Shown: positions 62,040 through 64,000 of the stretch, one piece after another | How the letters are laid out: the number at the start of each line of letters is the position of its first letter | How positions within the stretch are numbered: the stretch's first letter is position 1 | Assembly: GCA_902615045.1 (NCBI GenBank) | Contig: CACMNP010000001.1 | Span: 117,705-181,704, forward strand | Source: an uncultured Pelagibacteraceae bacterium | Lineage (GTDB): Bacteria > Pseudomonadota > Alphaproteobacteria > Pelagibacterales > Pelagibacteraceae | Reading direction: 5' to 3' | Length of the DNA stretch: 64,000 nt | Made by a program: the position numbers and the translations under genes | The notes under the pieces: model-generated | The model's database searches: none | Seen by the model: the letters and a program-made list of their open reading frames with translations, nothing else | Told to the model about the DNA's origin: nothing

Positions 62040-64000
62040 CTATTGATTTCTTATTAATGGATATACTTTAGGATTTAAGTATTTAAGATTAGTTAGCATA
62101 ATTAAAATCAAGGTTACAATTCCTATAGAGGCACCAAGGTAAATTAAAACTTTAAAATCAAATTGCCAAACTAATTCAAAAATATTCTCCATAATAAATT
62201 TTGAACCAATCACTGCAAAAAAGATTGCGATCAATATTACCGACATAAAAATAATTATAAATTCTATCAAAGATGAAAATATGATTTCTTTTTTTGAAAA
62301 ACCTAAAATTTTAAATACAAGATTTTGGTACTCTTTTATTTTTCCTTGAACTATAATAGCACTTGAGATCACAATTAATCCAATGACAATTGTTACTCCA
62401 GAAATTAGGGTTACAGCTATGAAAACTTTATTTAAAACTGATGTTACTTTGTTTAAGTAATCAGCAATTTTTATCATAGATAAACTCGGTAATACTTCTA
62501 ACATTTTGGTTTCATCAAAACTATCTGGATTTTTAAACTTAGCAGTTGCTAAATATTCATGAGGAATTTTTTTTGCAAATTGTGGATTAAATAACATGGC
62601 AAAATTAATATTTAGATCACGATAATCAACTTCTCTAAAATTAACTATTTCTCCATCAATTTCTCGACCATAAATGTTTAAAGTAAAAATATCTCCCAAC
62701 TCAATGTTAAAATCTTTAGCCACTTTTGCATCAAGTGATATCTGAAGTTGGTTAGGTTTAGATAAATCCCACCATTCCCCTTTTAAAATTGGGTTATCTT
62801 TAGGTATATTTTCAGCCCATGAAGATCTTCTTTCACTCCCAATTACCCAATAACTATCATTATCTGGTTTAATATAGCTATTTGGATTTACACCATTAAT
62901 TTTTACTATTCCGGAAGAAACCATAGGTACTATTTCAATGTTCGCATCAGGGTTCATTTTGTAAACACCTTGTTCAAATTTTTCTTTTTCACCTTTTTGA
63001 ATTCCAACAAAAAAATAATCAGGTGCAATATCTGGGATAGATCTTGCAATTTCTCTTTTAAAATTTGTTCCTACTAAAGCTAAAGTTAATAACAAAGTTA
63101 CACCTAAGCCTAAAGACATAATTGTGATAGGAGTGATACTTTTTGTTTGAGTTATATTTTTTATCGATACTTTTAAAGAGATATTTGAATTAAAATTAAA
63201 CTTTTTCAGTAAATAAATTATAATTTTCGAAAGTAAAAAAAATACAATTAGACATACAAAAAAAGCCAGAAAATAACCCAAGCTATAAGAAGGCCTTTCA
63301 GATCCTAGTGTAAACAATAAAACTAAAAATGATAACAAGATAAAACTTAAAATAACTGACTTTTTTGAGTAATAAAATTGTAGGTTTTGGAATACATTTC
63401 TAAATAGGTTTGATGCTTTAACTTGATCAATTGAACTTATTGTCGGTATTGAAAAAATTATAAGAACTAACAAACCTACAATAAATATTTTTATAAAATT
63501 AATTAAAGAGAATTTTGGATAAACATTTAATCCCAACCCATCAGATAAATATTTATCTGCAATTGGTACAATTAAAAAACTTGAGCCATAAGAAATTACA
63601 GTAATAATAAATAATAATATTAATAATTGAAGATAATAAAGTGTTTTTATATTCCATGAATAAAATCCTACAGCTTTTCTTACAGCTATAGACATATTGT
63701 TCTGGTTTATAAATGACAACAATGTATTAGCGATACCTATTCCAGCAATTAACATTGCACTAATTGAAACTAAAGAGAGAAATTGGGAAAAATTATTAAT
63801 TATCCTTTTTAAGCCACTTGCTGAATTTTCTGGAAATCTAAGTTTTACTTTTTGGTCATCTTTAAAAATATCTTTGATCTTACTTTCTATTTTTTCTGGA
63901 TCATCACTTGGTTTAAATTTTACTTTATATTCATAATTTAAAAAACTACCTATTCCATTTAGTTTTAGTATCTCCAAAGTTTGTTTTCCTGCTAATGCCC
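62040..64000 (-). CDS. ABC transporter permease (FtsX/YbbP-like); 5' part beyond window
   Basis: Two FtsX-like TM blocks, IA..KAVG, PDYFF..IQ, GD.F.LNI.GREI; frame stays open to the window edge. Confidence 0.85.
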   Translation of the reverse strand, partial: ALAGKQTLEILKLNGIGSFLNYEYKVKFKPSDDPEKIESKIKDIFKDDQKVKLRFPENSASGLKRIINNFSQFLSLVSISAMLIAGIGIANTLLSFINQNNMSIAVRKAVGFYSWNIKTLYYLQLLILLFIITVISYGSSFLIVPIADKYLSDGLGLNVYPKFSLINFIKIFIVGLLVLIIFSIPTISSIDQVKASNLFRNVFQNLQFYYSKKSVILSFILLSFLVLLFTLGSERPSYSLGYFLAFFVCLIVFFLLSKIIIYLLKKFNFNSNISLKVSIKNITQTKSITPITIMSLGLGVTLLLTLALVGTNFKREIARSIPDIAPDYFFVGIQKGEKEKFEQGVYKMNPDANIEIVPMVSSGIVKINGVNPNSYIKPDNDSYWVIGSERRSSWAENIPKDNPILKGEWWDLSKPNQLQISLDAKVAKDFNIELGDIFTLNIYGREIDGEIVNFREVDYRDLNINFAMLFNPQFAKKIPHEYLATAKFKNPDSFDETKMLEVLPSLSMIKIADYLNKVTSVLNKVFIAVTLISGVTIVIGLIVISSAIIVQGKIKEYQNLVFKILGFSKKEIIFSSLIEFIIIFMSVILIAIFFAVIGSKFIMENIFELVWQFDFKVLIYLGASIGIVTLILIMLTNLKYLNPKVYPLIRNQ

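Noticed and set aside
1313-63936. Short antisense or nested ORFs in the track (e.g. 1313-1537, 11128-11457, 15393-15671, 28829-29080, 34976-35308, 42769-43107, 45242-45580, 63697-63936)
   Set aside because: They lie within or largely overlap well-supported genes and have Ile/Phe/Ser/Leu-rich shadow composition with no motifs
1-64000. CRISPR arrays, rRNA, IS elements, riboswitches
   Set aside because: No regularly spaced repeats or transposases, and intergenic gaps are too short or AT-rich. A covariance-model scan could not be run, so small structured RNAs are not fully excluded.

Overview
Very AT-rich, extremely gene-dense chromosomal segment from a streamlined marine alphaproteobacterium. 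Pelagibacterales/SAR11 is inferred from gene content, gene order and near-zero intergenic spacing. The window spans the likely replication origin: parB-parA-rsmG-mnmG-mnmE-rho-hemJ-hemH-hemE | oriC | ppsR-maf-aroE-coaE-dnaQ, with parS sites inside rsmG and mnmG. It also holds leuS/holA, hslUV, the his operon, ftsK/lolA, tRNA-Gly, purH/rpe, an acetate uptake/activation module, tsaD/hemCD/folD and a porin. Small accessory insertions interrupt core synteny: two TIGR02466-type dioxygenases, a sulfotransferase, an SDR, a SHOCT protein plus lipoprotein, a TRAP transporter, two type IV pilin-like genes and a GT41 plus GT-C glycosyltransferase pair. Three small ORFs missing from the supplied track were read by hand. 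The most notable is a 39-aa ArfA-like ribosome-rescue peptide (2303-2422, minus) lying antisense between the two dioxygenase paralogues. Five genes (hemE, dctP, purH, heparinase-like, acs) are split at homopolymer runs, most likely by sequencing errors. No CRISPR array, integrase, transposase or rRNA was seen. All calls come from motif recognition, not database searches.
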